Assembly: GCA_963808625.1 (NCBI GenBank)
Contig: CAWEHK010000025.1
Span: 32,001-96,000, forward strand
Reading direction: 5' to 3'
From: an uncultured delta proteobacterium
GTDB lineage: Bacteria > Desulfobacterota > Syntrophobacteria > Syntrophobacterales > Syntrophobacteraceae
DNA length: 64,000 bases
The notes below the pieces were generated by a model. That model did not search any database. It was not told where the DNA came from and saw only the letters and a program-made list of their open reading frames with translations. Of the stretch, positions 22,757 to 33,966 are shown in pieces (the stretch's first letter is position 1; every line of letters starts with the position of its first letter). The position numbers and the translations under genes are program-made.

Positions 22757-23389
22757 ATGAAAACGCTTGGCACCATTACCAATGAAGGCTATTCGTGCAC
22801 GATCATGGAAGATGATGACGGGCGCGTGTTCTATACAGCCGATGGCGATATTGATGCCGATGGAGCAAACGGCCAGAATGAGGCTGCGGCAGCCTATAGA
22901 GCAGACGACAAGGGCACGGAGAGTCTTGCCAACGGCGGCATGGCGATCCGCGACGGTAAAGTCATCTGTGCAAAGCCGTGGGCGCGGGACATCGTAATTC
23001 TTGGGCCGGACAACGAGCCGAAGATTTTTCCCGGTGGTATCATTGCATCTTGCACATGGTATCGCTACCCGGGCACGCCTGCCAATGATCCTGCGGCTTA
23101 CGTGGATGCCGAGACAGTGCCCTACATTGTCGTTCCCCCGCTCGTTATCCAAGCCACAGCTGGCGTGGTACGCGGATGCAAGGCCCGCGTAACCTGGCGC
23201 AGCAAATCCGTCGATTGCGTTGTTGCTGACAGAGGCCCGAGGAACAAGATCGGTGAGTTGAGTATTGCCGCAGCGCGTGCTATTGGTCTCCCATCCAGCC
23301 CCCGCAACGGCGGAACTGATAAGCCCGAGCTTCTTTACGAACTTTGGCCGGGCGTTGCAGCGCCAGGTTTCGAGCTTCAGCCAGCGTAG
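22757..23389 (+). CDS. Glycoside hydrolase family 75 (chitosanase)-like protein
   Basis: DIDADG, DAETVPYIVVP, VVADRGP and IGELS motifs; RBS AAGGAG. Confidence 0.75.
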   Translation: MKTLGTITNEGYSCTIMEDDDGRVFYTADGDIDADGANGQNEAAAAYRADDKGTESLANGGMAIRDGKVICAKPWARDIVILGPDNEPKIFPGGIIASCTWYRYPGTPANDPAAYVDAETVPYIVVPPLVIQATAGVVRGCKARVTWRSKSVDCVVADRGPRNKIGELSIAAARAIGLPSSPRNGGTDKPELLYELWPGVAAPGFELQPA

Positions 23390-23972
23390 TGGCCGTTTGC
23401 TGCCAGTGGGGTCGCGTTCAACGCTCAAACACTCAAACTGCAGTGTGACCTACGAGTGAGAGCAGGGCAATTCCACAAAATCATGAGATCTGACCTGGAT
23501 GGACAATGGCAGGTGGATTCGCTCATGGACAACACGATCAAAAGGAATCACGCCAGTTTCCTGAATTCTTCCGAGGAAGCCAGCGTGACGTTCGATAGCG
23601 GGAGTCTACGTGACCAAAGAACAATGATTGGTTAACAACTCTCTCCAGATGGCGATCCTGCCGAACCAGGAAGGAACGTTGCAAATCGGCTGGAATGGAT
23701 CTGCTAATTGCCTTCCCGGCCTTCATCAATACGTGGTTGGGTATCTCTTATGTGAAGATCATTCGCTGAACCGTATCTTTGCCTGCGAGGCCGGCTTTGC
23801 TGGATTGGGGGATTCCCGCCCTGCACCCCAGGTGCTTCTCCGAAGCGCAGTGAAGGGGGTCGGGCGCAACGTCAAAGCGGTCAGGCAGTTCATCTGCCAA
23901 CGCTCCAAGGATTCCGTTGCGACCCATCTGCTAAATTAGGCTAGAACCAGGCATTGTTCGAGGGAGTATCCC

Positions 23973-24602
23973 ATGGAAGAAGCGACAAAAGGAAGACGTT
24001 GGTTCGGTGACCGCATCGGAAAAATGTATTTACCATCATCCATAGTTCAGACCCTATTGTTTTTAATAATTGCATTTACCTCAGTTTTCGCAACTGCGGA
24101 GCTTGCTGCACGTGAAAGTCTTCTTTCGGCGATCACTGGGTATATTACTTCTCTCAAGGCCGAGTTCGTTGAGCGGAATCGTGATCCGGGGGCCCTGAGA
24201 TCACTTCAAAGAGAAATGGGTGATAACTCCACCCATGATTATATACTGGAGAGGAAAAAGTTGCTGGAAGATATCAGTGTGGCAGAACTGCTGAAGCGGA
24301 AGCTGCAAACATTGATCGCCCTTGGCACGGATAATCGTTAATTCTCTTTGCGTGGAATAGAAAACAAGTTCAACCGGTCCATGACTGCACCGAAAGGTGA
24401 TGATAGCACAGCAAATTCCTTGCCCACATTGTCTGCATTTGTCCTACGGAGTTCGAAAATCCTGCTACCTCTTAGTTCGGACCAGTTACTCGCCATAGCA
24501 ATAATGGCTTGCGGCGCCATTGGAGCAGCAATTCCCGCAACCCATGGAAAGGGGCTGTTGGTCAGGATTTACGATCTGAGTTTTCGTAAACATCAACAAT
24601 AG
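23973..24602 (+). pseudogene. Hypothetical membrane protein with in-frame TAA at 24339
   Basis: Two same-frame ORFs with hydrophobic segments; RBS GGGAG. Confidence 0.4.
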
Positions 24603-24998
24603 AGTGTAGGGCGAACAGCTCGTCAAAAGAGCTTCTCGGTCGGTTCGCTTTTCACGGGACAGTCGCCTTCCTTGATCCACATGGGAATCTCCGGGCAACC
24701 TAAGCTGATGCCTTCCGCTCCCCGTGCGACCAATTCACTAATGACCTCTTTGAATTGACTGATTCGCATAGCATGCATTCATCACCTTTATTCTAGCCTA
24801 AGTCTGGATTATCTTTTAAAACTCCGGTCACTCGTCCAGCATCGACGTGAACTTGTCTGTGAGGTATTGATATAAGGCAGGTCGCGCGCCACGAGGCGGC
24901 ACGAGAGATGAGGGAAGGCCCCTCGAGACCGGCGTGCAGACGCCGATTTCAAACCACCTCAAGCGGCTCTGGTAAAGAGTCGGAGGGGATTTTGACGG

Positions 24999-26370
24999 AT
25001 GCTTTCGATGGTAAATGATCATCTACCCGCCGTGCTCCGCGTCCTCCGCGGGATGCGCGGCTTATTACGCCCTCCTCCAAGGACTCGAGACGCGGTCGTC
25101 TCCTTCCAGGATGCCTGTGTGCGTGACCTGATCCGGCATGCCTACGCCCGCGTCCCATACTACCGCCGGCTCTTCGAGAGAGCCGGGCTGGAACCCGTTG
25201 ACGTGCGCGGAGTTGCCGACCTTGCAGCGGTTCCCCTCACGTCTCGTGAAGACCTCCAGCACCTGCCGCCCAGTGAGATCTGCGCCATGCGCGCGCCGGT
25301 CGATGCGCTTTACACGGTCACGACAAGCGGCTCGACGGGGGTGCCACTCACGGTGCGACGCTCGATGGCGGAAGAGCGGCTGCTGCTGGCGTATCGCGTG
25401 CGCGCCATGGGCGCTTGGGGGCTCGGCCCGGGGGCCCGGCGGGCGCGCATCGATCATCTCCACCCGGGAAGGCAGGGCCCCGATGCGGCACGACGGTGGC
25501 TTCACGGGAGGCACGGCGCGATGCCGAGGCTGTGGATCGACTGGCGGACTCCGAAGCATGAGATCTTGGCAGCCCTCGAGCGGTTTCAACCTCACATTGT
25601 CAACGGGCCGCCCTCCATCCTTTCGTGGCTCGCCGACGAACTGACCGACGACGACCGACGCCGCATCCCGGCGCACCTGATCGTGACCGGCAGCGAGACC
25701 TTGACGCCCCGGATGCGCGGGCAGATCGAGCGGGGCTTTGGCTTACCCGTCGCCGACGTCTACGGCAGCCACGAGGTCGTATTCATTGCCATGCAGGTGC
25801 CACAGCCGGGTGCCGACGCCCCCCTCTACCGAGTGTGCGAGGAGTCAGTCGCCATCGAAGTCTTACGCGATGGCTCGCCGGCCCGCCCCGGCGAAACCGG
25901 CGAGGTCGTCGTCACCGCGCTGCAATCGTTCATGATGCCGTTCATCCGTTACCGGTTGGGGGACCACGTTACGCTGGGCGAGGCGCCCGGCGGGTCGGCC
26001 GGACCATACACCACGCTCCGTTCCGTCAACGGCCGCACGCTCGAGCGCTTCATCTTGCCCAAGGGCCGCACCGTGCTCTGCTACCTACTCGGCGAGGCCG
26101 TGGAGGAGAGTGGACTCCGCGTCCGCCGCTTCCAGGTCGTCCAGGAGCGACCCGAGGCATTTCACATCGCCCTCGCCCTCTACGAGCCTCCCCGAGGAGA
26201 ACTGGAGTGGACTGGCGGGTCGGCTCCGGGACATCCTCGGGCCGGCGGTCACGGCGTCCATCGACATCGTGCCGGCGCTCACCGCAAGGGGCCCCGGGAA
26301 GTTCTCGCCGTACGTCCCCTGCGAGCGCCTCACCGCGGGGGCCAGGACCAACGGGCACGACCGGCTGTGA
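24999..26370 (+). CDS. Phenylacetate-CoA ligase / CapK-like adenylate-forming protein (indel near 26205)
   Basis: HAYARVPYYR, TTSGSTG, DVYGSHE and MPFIRYRLGD motifs. Confidence 0.85.
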
Positions 26371-26465
26371 CCCCGATCTGCGGATATGGCGAATCGGGTA
26401 AATTGATTATGGTTGAAGGCGTCGAGTCACGACTGCACAATCGATAGAGAGGAGCTTTTTTGTCG

Positions 26466-27284
26466 ATGCAGGCAATAACCCTCAGGCTCAAAATATTTCT
26501 TGTTCTATTTGTGGTCCTTATCGTTTTCGGGACGGTTGGTTTCGCTCTAATTGAAGAGAAATCAATTATAGAAGCTGTCTACTTTACCATTGTTACCATG
26601 GCTACGGTCGGATACGGAGACATCCATCCGGTAACGCAACCAGGGAGGGTCTTCACCATCTTCCTCATTGTGACCGGTGTAGGCACCTTTCTCGGGGTCA
26701 TCGCAAACCTGACGGAGTTGATGCTGGCGAAACGAGAGATTCAGGGCCTGATGAAGAAGCTCAACATGCTCATAGGGATTTTTTTTAGCGTGGTCGGTAT
26801 TGACCTCATGGCCATGTTCTCACGGAGCGATCGCGAGGTCGAGAAGATCAGGTCTGAACTTCTCGTGTCGGCCAACTGGACTGATAAACAATTTCAGAGC
26901 GCAATCAATGATCTCAAAAAGTATGATTTCAGTATTGAAATGGCACTGATTGACTTAGAAGTCCTGAAAGACTTTATCTGCGACAAAAGGGATTTCCTTG
27001 TGCGGCTTCTTGAAAACCCGATCCTCCTCGAGCACCAGTCATTCACGGATCTCCTTCTGGCAGTTTTTCATTTCATGGAGGAGCTTGCCTATCGAGATGA
27101 TGTGAAAGCGATCCCGGAGTCGGACAGGCGCCACCTTGCGAATGACCTCGAGAGGGCTTACCGGTTGCTCATAAACGAGTGGCTCGACTACATGAGGTAC
27201 CTCAAAGCGAACTATCCTTTTCTTTTTCATCTCGCGATGCGAACAAATCCCTTCGACCGTTCAGCATCTATCTTGGTAAAATGA
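26466..27284 (+). CDS. Two-TM potassium channel family protein
   Basis: YFTIVTMATVGYGD selectivity filter between two TM helices. Confidence 0.92.
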   Translation: MQAITLRLKIFLVLFVVLIVFGTVGFALIEEKSIIEAVYFTIVTMATVGYGDIHPVTQPGRVFTIFLIVTGVGTFLGVIANLTELMLAKREIQGLMKKLNMLIGIFFSVVGIDLMAMFSRSDREVEKIRSELLVSANWTDKQFQSAINDLKKYDFSIEMALIDLEVLKDFICDKRDFLVRLLENPILLEHQSFTDLLLAVFHFMEELAYRDDVKAIPESDRRHLANDLERAYRLLINEWLDYMRYLKANYPFLFHLAMRTNPFDRSASILVK

Positions 27285-27436
27285 AGGGGCGATGGGGTTT
27301 GAACGGCGTTCGCTACGGATAAAACCAGGAAAAGAACCGGTGTTCATCTGCGTGGATCGCTGGTCAGCAAACGGTTACGCGTACTATTTGCCCGCATTCG
27401 CCCATGAGCAGCGCCCTGAAGGAGATACCGATTCCA

Positions 27437-28198
27437 ATGGACCCCATCATCATCGCCTTACTCTGCCTCATGTCGTTCCTTGCAGGATTCATTGACAGCG
27501 TTGCCGGAGGCGGAGGGTTGGTCCTGCTGCCCGCGTTGCTGCTGGCTGGAATTCCGCCCCAGGCCGCGCTCGGGACCAATAAGTTCGCAGCGATCTTCGG
27601 GACCTCGACGGCGCTGGCCAATTTCATGAAAAATGGCAAGGTGATCTGGAAAATCGCCGGTTGTGGGTTGGCGTTCTCAGTGCTGGGTTCAGTGATAGGG
27701 ACAAAGATCATCCTCTATGTCGATCAAAACACCACGGCAAAGATCATCGTTGTGATGCTGCCGATCACGGCTGTCGTTACCTTCCTTCCGAAACGACGGT
27801 TGAAAACATCGATATCCGAGTTCTCAAAGAAAGATCTGTACCTTTACACCCCCTTGCTTTGCGGTATCGTTGGCTTCTACGATGGCTTCTTCGGGCCGGG
27901 GACGGGGACCTTCCTGATCTTTGCCTTCTACGTATTCCTGGGACTCCACTTGATCAATGCCTCCGCCTTATCAAAGGTATTCAATCTGGCGTCCAATGTT
28001 GGCTCCTTTGTTACCTTCGCCTTTGCTGATAGAGTTCTCTATGGCATTGGCATGCCCATCGCCGTGTCCAATCTGGTGGGAGGTTATTTAGGGAGTATTC
28101 TGGCCATCAAAAAAGGCCAGCAATTCATCAAGACCTTTCTTCTGATCGTGTTCGGGATTCTCTTTCTTACTCTGATCCATCGAGTATGGCAGGAGTAA
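27437..28198 (+). CDS. TauE/SafE (TSUP) family transporter
   Basis: AGFIDSVAGGGG, ALGTNK and GFYDGFFGPGTG motifs. Confidence 0.92.
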   Translation: MDPIIIALLCLMSFLAGFIDSVAGGGGLVLLPALLLAGIPPQAALGTNKFAAIFGTSTALANFMKNGKVIWKIAGCGLAFSVLGSVIGTKIILYVDQNTTAKIIVVMLPITAVVTFLPKRRLKTSISEFSKKDLYLYTPLLCGIVGFYDGFFGPGTGTFLIFAFYVFLGLHLINASALSKVFNLASNVGSFVTFAFADRVLYGIGMPIAVSNLVGGYLGSILAIKKGQQFIKTFLLIVFGILFLTLIHRVWQE

Positions 28199-28483
28199 GC
28201 CACAAACGATGAAACCGGCAGCTTCGCCTCCTCGCCATAATGGAAAGATAAAGATGAGAGTGAGCAAATCGATCATATTTATGGCAAACCGCTTTTGACA
28301 TCGAGGAACGCTATGCAGCACCATGGGATAGGCCGGGTTCCTTACGACGCTCGACAATTCAACCAACATCGGGATTTCATTTAAATGAGAAATGATCTAG
28401 TATTTGGAAATCTGCAAGCACGGCAATTCCCACCCCCTGCAAGGGTGTTTTTTTGAATCGACAGCACAGGTTGAGTTGAGCTC

Positions 28484-28910
28484 ATGAAGCAGGTGAAATA
28501 CTATGATGCCTCTCATAAAGAACGCCTGGTAACCGGCGACCGGATAGCTGCCTGCCTTGCAGAGCAAACCGAAATCATGTTCGCCTTTCTCTACGGATCA
28601 TTCATTTCGGAGCCGCTCTTTCGCGATATTGATGTGGGCATTTATGTTGCCGGAATCGAGCCGTCGCAGTATTTTGCCTGTGAGAACAGACTCACCCGGC
28701 TGAGTGAGGATGCCGTCGGCTTCCTGTTTCCCGGTAGATGTGAGGATCATCAATACGGCCCCGATCTTCTTTTGTTTTGAAGTAATAAGGGGAAAGTTGA
28801 TTTTTTCCCGAAGTGAACAGCTTCTGGTTGACTTCATGACCAGCATTGCCAGAAGGCGGCTGGACATGGCATCGTTAAGACTTCATTACCTGCGCGAGGC
28901 TATGGGCTAA
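28484..28910 (+). CDS. Minimal nucleotidyltransferase (MntA-like antitoxin), indel near 28730
   Basis: FLYGSF...RDIDVG motif; directly upstream of a HEPN gene. Confidence 0.85.
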
Positions 28911-29353
28911 TGCCGCTGAATATTGAAAAGATATACACCAGATTCGAGGACATCAACGAATCGATTGCCCGGCTCAGGCAGCTCGGAAGCATTCCCGTCG
29001 CTGATTTCATTGCGGACCAGGACAAGCTTGACGTGGCCAGTTTCCGGCTGATCGTAGCCACGGAAGCCGCCATTGATATCTGCTTGCATGCATCGGCAAA
29101 GCTCCTCAAGAAGGTTCCCGATGACTATGCCGGCTGTTTCAAATTGCTCGCCGAGCAGGCCCTGATCGACAAAGACCTCGCCACGCGCCTGGCTCTGATG
29201 GCAAGATTCAGAAACCTGCTGGTTCATCATTACTGGAAGATCGATTACACCCGGCTCCATCAAATCATCAGCGGACCTGACCTCGACGATCTCAGTGAAT
29301 TCATCCGACAGATCAACAGGTTAGTTGGCGAAAAAGACCCGCCGACAAGGTAG
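28910..29353 (+). CDS. HEPN/DUF86 (HepT-like) RNase toxin
   Basis: RNLLVHHY (Rx4H motif plus Tyr); translationally coupled to the MNT gene. Confidence 0.9.
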   Translation: MPLNIEKIYTRFEDINESIARLRQLGSIPVADFIADQDKLDVASFRLIVATEAAIDICLHASAKLLKKVPDDYAGCFKLLAEQALIDKDLATRLALMARFRNLLVHHYWKIDYTRLHQIISGPDLDDLSEFIRQINRLVGEKDPPTR

Positions 29354-29437
29354 TTTGTTTCCAACCTCGACTCAAACCCGGCACGATGCTTCCCTGCTTT
29401 CTGCCCAATCTCATAAGATGATGGTTTTCCCCCTCTT

Positions 29438-29580
29438 TCAGAAGGCAGCCTCGATAAGCCGGTGGAAAGCGGCGGGGTCTTCCAGGTGTTCCCGGTCCAA
29501 TTCCTGAACGATGCGGCCCTCCCGCAGCACGCAAACCCGGTCGGCGAGGCGCCGCGTTTCGCTCAGGGTGTGTGAGACGG
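29438..29580 (-). pseudogene. ABC ATPase C-terminal fragment
   Basis: VSHTLSETRRLADRVCVLREGRI (H-loop region only). Confidence 0.6.
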
Positions 29581-29860
29581 CCCGGGCACGACGCCCTGGC
29601 CAGCACCGACAAGCTGCTCCAGCTCCTCGCAGAGTTTCCCCATGCTGTCGGTAAAGCACATGGGATCATCATAGAAGCTGATCTGGTTGGCGAGCAGCAC
29701 ATCGCGGCCGGAAATCGGAACGGGCTGCACGCCGCGGAGGCGGTTGATACGCTGCAGCACACGCCGACGATGGTTCACGAGAAGGATCGCTTCCTGGAGC
29801 TTTGTGGGGGTAATGGTCTTCCCCGTCACCTCTTCGACCTTGTCCTTGAAGGGCGGAGCA
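29580..29860 (-). pseudogene. Internal fragment of a 2-hydroxyacyl-CoA dehydratase / double-cubane reductase family gene
   Basis: VEEVTGKTIT..KL.EAI and PVPISGRDVLLANQISFYDDP motifs. Confidence 0.7.
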
Positions 29861-29961
29861 GATAAGAGCGTGGCTGAAGATGTCATCTCGTCTTCACCTC
29901 GGATGCTTCCCGCCGAAAGCCTGCGGGGACACGTGTTGGTGCAGGTCCGGGGATCAGGTTC

Positions 29962-30387
29962 CTAGGCGGCTTGGCGAATGCCAACCACCAATTGTTTCCC
30001 CAAGGTTGCAAGGGCCGCCTCAACCTGCTCAATCCGGCTGGGATGGCTCAGGCTGAGCAAACGATCGACAAGTGTCGGCGAAACCTTGAGTTTGCGTGCC
30101 AGATCAGCTTTGCGGAGACCGGCATCAATCATCGCATTCCAAAGCAGGATCTTGGCGGCAATACCAACGGGCAAGGTTACTCCCTGCCTCCCTTTTAGCG
30201 GGGTGGGCATGGGGATGGGCTGTCGGTCATCCATATACGCCGAAAACATAGCAACCAGGGCAGCAACAGCACGGTTCCTGGCTTCCGCTTCATCCTCGCC
30301 AAAGGTCACAGCCTCGGGAACGTCCGGGAAAGTGACCATAAGGGTTTCGTTGGTGTCCGCTTCCAGACAAATCGGATAGATCAGCAC
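29962..30387 (-). CDS. hicB: HicB family antitoxin
   Basis: VTFPDVPEAVTFGED.EA, then C-terminal HTH (KADLARKL). Confidence 0.9.
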   Translation of the reverse strand: MLIYPICLEADTNETLMVTFPDVPEAVTFGEDEAEARNRAVAALVAMFSAYMDDRQPIPMPTPLKGRQGVTLPVGIAAKILLWNAMIDAGLRKADLARKLKVSPTLVDRLLSLSHPSRIEQVEAALATLGKQLVVGIRQAA

Positions 30388-30404
30388 GGGCGCTCCTTTT
30401 GAGC

Positions 30405-30590
30405 CTATTTTAGTCCCAAATCTCTCTTTATTTTCTCGACCAAACCTTTACCAAGTTCTTTGCTGCCACCGTGCATGGGTAGTTCAGATTTCCTGTCACC
30501 CCGCCGGATAATCACGTGCCCGGTCCCCCGTTTGGTTTCAACCGTGCATCCTCGTTTCTTGAGCCAGGCTTTGAACTGGTTCGAGTTCAT
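30405..30590 (-). CDS. hicA: HicA family toxin
   Basis: 61 aa basic protein with GTGH, LPMHG and KIKRDLGL motifs, upstream of hicB. Confidence 0.9.
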   Translation of the reverse strand: MNSNQFKAWLKKRGCTVETKRGTGHVIIRRGDRKSELPMHGGSKELGKGLVEKIKRDLGLK

Positions 30591-30648
30591 GGCTTCTACA
30601 ATAAACAAAAATGTTTATGGGTTCAAGGGGATAAATACACATAAGTGT

Positions 30649-31240
30649 TTATGCCCCGCACGATTTGGAGATGCAGTTCAGACGGTTATCCCTTCGGGCT
30701 TGGTTCGGTGCCGTCGAGCATTCTGGCGAGCGAGAGGGCGAGGCGTTCGACGGCCTGATCGTCGGGCAGCGCACGGTCCTTTGGAGGCGCCCTTGCTCGT
30801 CGCGGTCCATGCAGGTGGCGAGCTTGCTCTTGAGGGCCTCAGCCAGTTCCCGGTCGGACGAGGTGGGTTCCTGGGCGGAAAAGACCTCACCGAGAAAGGA
30901 GAAGGCGGCGTTGAACAATTGTCCCCCGCCGGCGGCCATTTTCTCGTTGCGGACCAGGGCGGCGGCCTCGGCTTCGGTTTTCCGGCGTTGGCTTTCATCG
31001 ACGGGAGCGAGGGGCCTGGCGTCAAAGAGCTGTTCCAGCCTCCGTTTCAGCTCCTCGATGCCGCTCACCAGGTTGACCGCGGTAACATCGGAGTCCGGGT
31101 CGAGGACCGCCAGGGCCAATTCCTGCTTGTCCGCAAGGGTCGCCAGCAGGTTCTCCTCGAGCGTGGCTTCGGTAACCAGCAGATAGACCTGCACCGGCCG
31201 CTTCTGACCCATGCGATGGGCCCGGGCGATGCGCTGGGAA
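30649..31240 (-). pseudogene. SNF2-family helicase C-terminal fragment
   Basis: QRIARAHRMGQKRPVQVYLLVTEATLEE (motif VI); upstream motifs absent. Confidence 0.75.
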
Positions 31241-31470
31241 AGGCTTTGAATCGAATTTCGGCTAGCGAAGCAGGAATCGCAGAATGCCTAAGGCAAAATT
31301 CTATCATTGGAAATTCATTATTCGTTATTCGATATTTGCTGTTTAACTTTTAAACGCCGCTGCCCAGGAAAGATGTAGTCAGAGACCGGGTGAGGTCTTA
31401 TCATTGATGGGTCGAGGAGAGCATTGATCCCGGGATTGGGTGTCACCCAGAAAAGAAGGCTTTAGACTGT

Positions 31471-33966
31471 ATGGTTCGACTCGCAACCATCCTTGTGGGT
31501 ATCCTGACGCTCTGGGCGTGGGTTGACGTGCAGGCGGCGGTGCTCAAGGGCGTGGTTCTTGCCAATGAGTTGGGGGGACCGCCGGTGGCAGGAGTCGAGA
31601 TCGCCGCCACGGGAGGCGAAGCTCATGCCGTCACCGATGCCACGGGCTCATTCACCCTGCTCTTCCCGGACAAACATGCCGGCGATCCCGTGACCTTGAC
31701 GGTCCGCAAGGAGGGTCACGAGGTAGTCAATGGCCTCGAGTTGGAACCCTCCCTCAGAGAAGCAGGTGAAGGCGATCCTCTGGTGCTTCTCCTTTGCAGG
31801 GAAGGCAACCGGCAGGAAATGCTCCGGCGCCTGGTCCTTCTTATGGCCGTGAAAGCCATTGAAGAGAGTTACCGACTGCGGTTGAAGGAATTGGAAAGCC
31901 AAAAGGAGAACGCGCTCGCCGGATTACCTGACCTCCGCAGACGGCTCGAGCAGGCCGATGCCGCCCTCGCGACGATCCCGAGGGCATTGGCGAAAGAGCG
32001 CGGCGAGCTGACTTCCGGTCTTCATCGGCAGGCCGTGCGCCTCTTCCTGGCAGGGAAGCTCGCAGGGGCCCTGGAGCTTCTTGAAAAGCGGGCACCCGAG
32101 CGCTCCCGCGAAGGAAGCAGCCAGGATGGAGGTGGCCGGAGCGCAGCCGCAGAAAAGGAAAGCTCCGCGCATACCAGCCTCGACTACCAGCTCGAAGCGC
32201 AGCTCCTGACGCTCGCCCTGCAGTTCGACAACGCCGAAACCGCCTTTAAGGCAGCGCTCACGGCGGCGCCCGAGGACTTTGACGCCAATCTCGCCTATGC
32301 CTGTTTTTTGAGAAGTGTAAAACGCGCCGACGAGGCGAAGGCCCGTGCCCTGCGATGCCTCGAGCTGGCGAAGATGAGCGGAAGCGAGTCCCGGAAAGCG
32401 GAAGCCTGGCTTCACCTGGCGAGGACCCATCTCGAGCAGAAGCGCAAGAAGGAGGCGGGGCCGGCTGCCGCAGAAGCCCTCAAAATCCGCCGGGAGCTTG
32501 CCGCGAAGGACCCGGCTGCGCACCTTCCCGAGTTGGCAGGGGCCTTGAACACCGTGGCAATGCTCCAGCGGGAACAGAACAGCATCGGAGAAGCCGCTGC
32601 CGCTCACACCGAGGCCCTCGGGATCTACCGCAGCCTCGCAGACCGCAATCCGGAAGCCTACTCGCCTTCTGTCGCCATGACTTTGAGCAGTCTCGCCGCC
32701 GTTCAACAACGACAGGGCCGCGGTGACGATGCCCGGAAGTCCCTGGAAGAAGCGGTGAAAATCTACCGGGCCCTGGCGGCTCAAAATCCGGTAAGATACC
32801 ACCCGTATGTGGCCTTGACCCTGGAAAACTCGATCCTCTTGTACGGGGAGCAGAATCGTTCCCAGGATGCCCGAAAGGCCTACGAGGAGTTGGTGAAAAC
32901 CTACCGCAGCCTGGCTGCCCGTGATCCGGCGGCCTATCTGCCGGACATGGCCTTTTCTCTAAACCGGCTTGGCGCGCTCCATCGGGAGAACCGTCGCGAC
33001 CGGGACGCGCGCAAAGCCTACGAAGACGAAGTGAAGGCATACCGCGACCTGGCGGCCCGCGATCCGGCGACGTATCTGCCTTACGTCGCGCTCTCTCAGG
33101 TCCATCTCGCCACCTACCACGAGGAACAGAAGCGCTTGAAGGATGCCACGGCGGTTTATCAGGACGCCCTCAAGACCTATCGCTTGCTTTCCGCTTCCAG
33201 GCCAGACATGTATTCTCCCTACGTGGCTCTGACCCTGACCACCCTGGGCGATCTTTACCGGGGGCAGAACCAGGCGAAAAACGCCAGGAAGGCTTACGAG
33301 GAGGCGGTTAAAACCTGGCGTCTCATGAGCTCGCGTAACCAGCAGGCCAATTTCAGGCCCGACCTCGCCGAGGCCCTGAGCAGACTCGGGAGCTTCTTCA
33401 GGGACGAGCATCTTACGGAGGAAGCGACGAGGCACTACCAAGAAGCGTTGAGCCTCTACCGGGAGCTGGCCCCAGCCACCCCGGAAGTCTATCTGCCCAA
33501 TGTGGTGATGGCGCTTAACAACCTGGGGATCGTGTGTCAAACCCGGGGACCCTTCGAACAGGCCTCCCGGGCTTGCGAGGAGGCGCTCAGGATCGGCCGC
33601 GAGGGGGCGACCCGGGACCCGGCTTCCTACCAACCCTATGTCGTCATGACGCTCAACAACCTGGGAGCCCTGCACCGGGACCAGGGCCTATGGGAGGAAG
33701 CGGGCAAAGCTTATGAGGAGGCGCTCAAGATCGGCCGCGAGCTCGCCGCCCGGAATCCTGACCTGTATTGGCCCTACGTCGCCGGCACGCTCAACAACCT
33801 CGGCATCCTCTATCGGGATCGGGAGCGCGTGGATGATGCCGGGAAAGCCTTCGAGGAAGCCCTCGTCATCTATCGCAAGCTGTCGGAGCAAGCGCCCGAA
33901 CGCTTCGCCGCGGACATCGAGAGAATCCAGTCGTTCCTCAGCGGCCTTTCACCAAGCAGTCGGTGA
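31471..33966 (+). CDS. Exported TPR-repeat protein
   Basis: Signal peptide, carboxypeptidase-regulatory-like beta domain (TDATGSFTL), then ~46-aa repeats AL.IYR.LA..DP..Y.P.VA.TLNNLG. Confidence 0.9.
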   Translation: MVRLATILVGILTLWAWVDVQAAVLKGVVLANELGGPPVAGVEIAATGGEAHAVTDATGSFTLLFPDKHAGDPVTLTVRKEGHEVVNGLELEPSLREAGEGDPLVLLLCREGNRQEMLRRLVLLMAVKAIEESYRLRLKELESQKENALAGLPDLRRRLEQADAALATIPRALAKERGELTSGLHRQAVRLFLAGKLAGALELLEKRAPERSREGSSQDGGGRSAAAEKESSAHTSLDYQLEAQLLTLALQFDNAETAFKAALTAAPEDFDANLAYACFLRSVKRADEAKARALRCLELAKMSGSESRKAEAWLHLARTHLEQKRKKEAGPAAAEALKIRRELAAKDPAAHLPELAGALNTVAMLQREQNSIGEAAAAHTEALGIYRSLADRNPEAYSPSVAMTLSSLAAVQQRQGRGDDARKSLEEAVKIYRALAAQNPVRYHPYVALTLENSILLYGEQNRSQDARKAYEELVKTYRSLAARDPAAYLPDMAFSLNRLGALHRENRRDRDARKAYEDEVKAYRDLAARDPATYLPYVALSQVHLATYHEEQKRLKDATAVYQDALKTYRLLSASRPDMYSPYVALTLTTLGDLYRGQNQAKNARKAYEEAVKTWRLMSSRNQQANFRPDLAEALSRLGSFFRDEHLTEEATRHYQEALSLYRELAPATPEVYLPNVVMALNNLGIVCQTRGPFEQASRACEEALRIGREGATRDPASYQPYVVMTLNNLGALHRDQGLWEEAGKAYEEALKIGRELAARNPDLYWPYVAGTLNNLGILYRDRERVDDAGKAFEEALVIYRKLSEQAPERFAADIERIQSFLSGLSPSSR

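Noticed and set aside
24895..24960. SAM-I riboswitch-like GAGGGA-GGCCC segment
   Set aside because: Lacks the GCAACC and GTGC-AA elements and a P1 stem.
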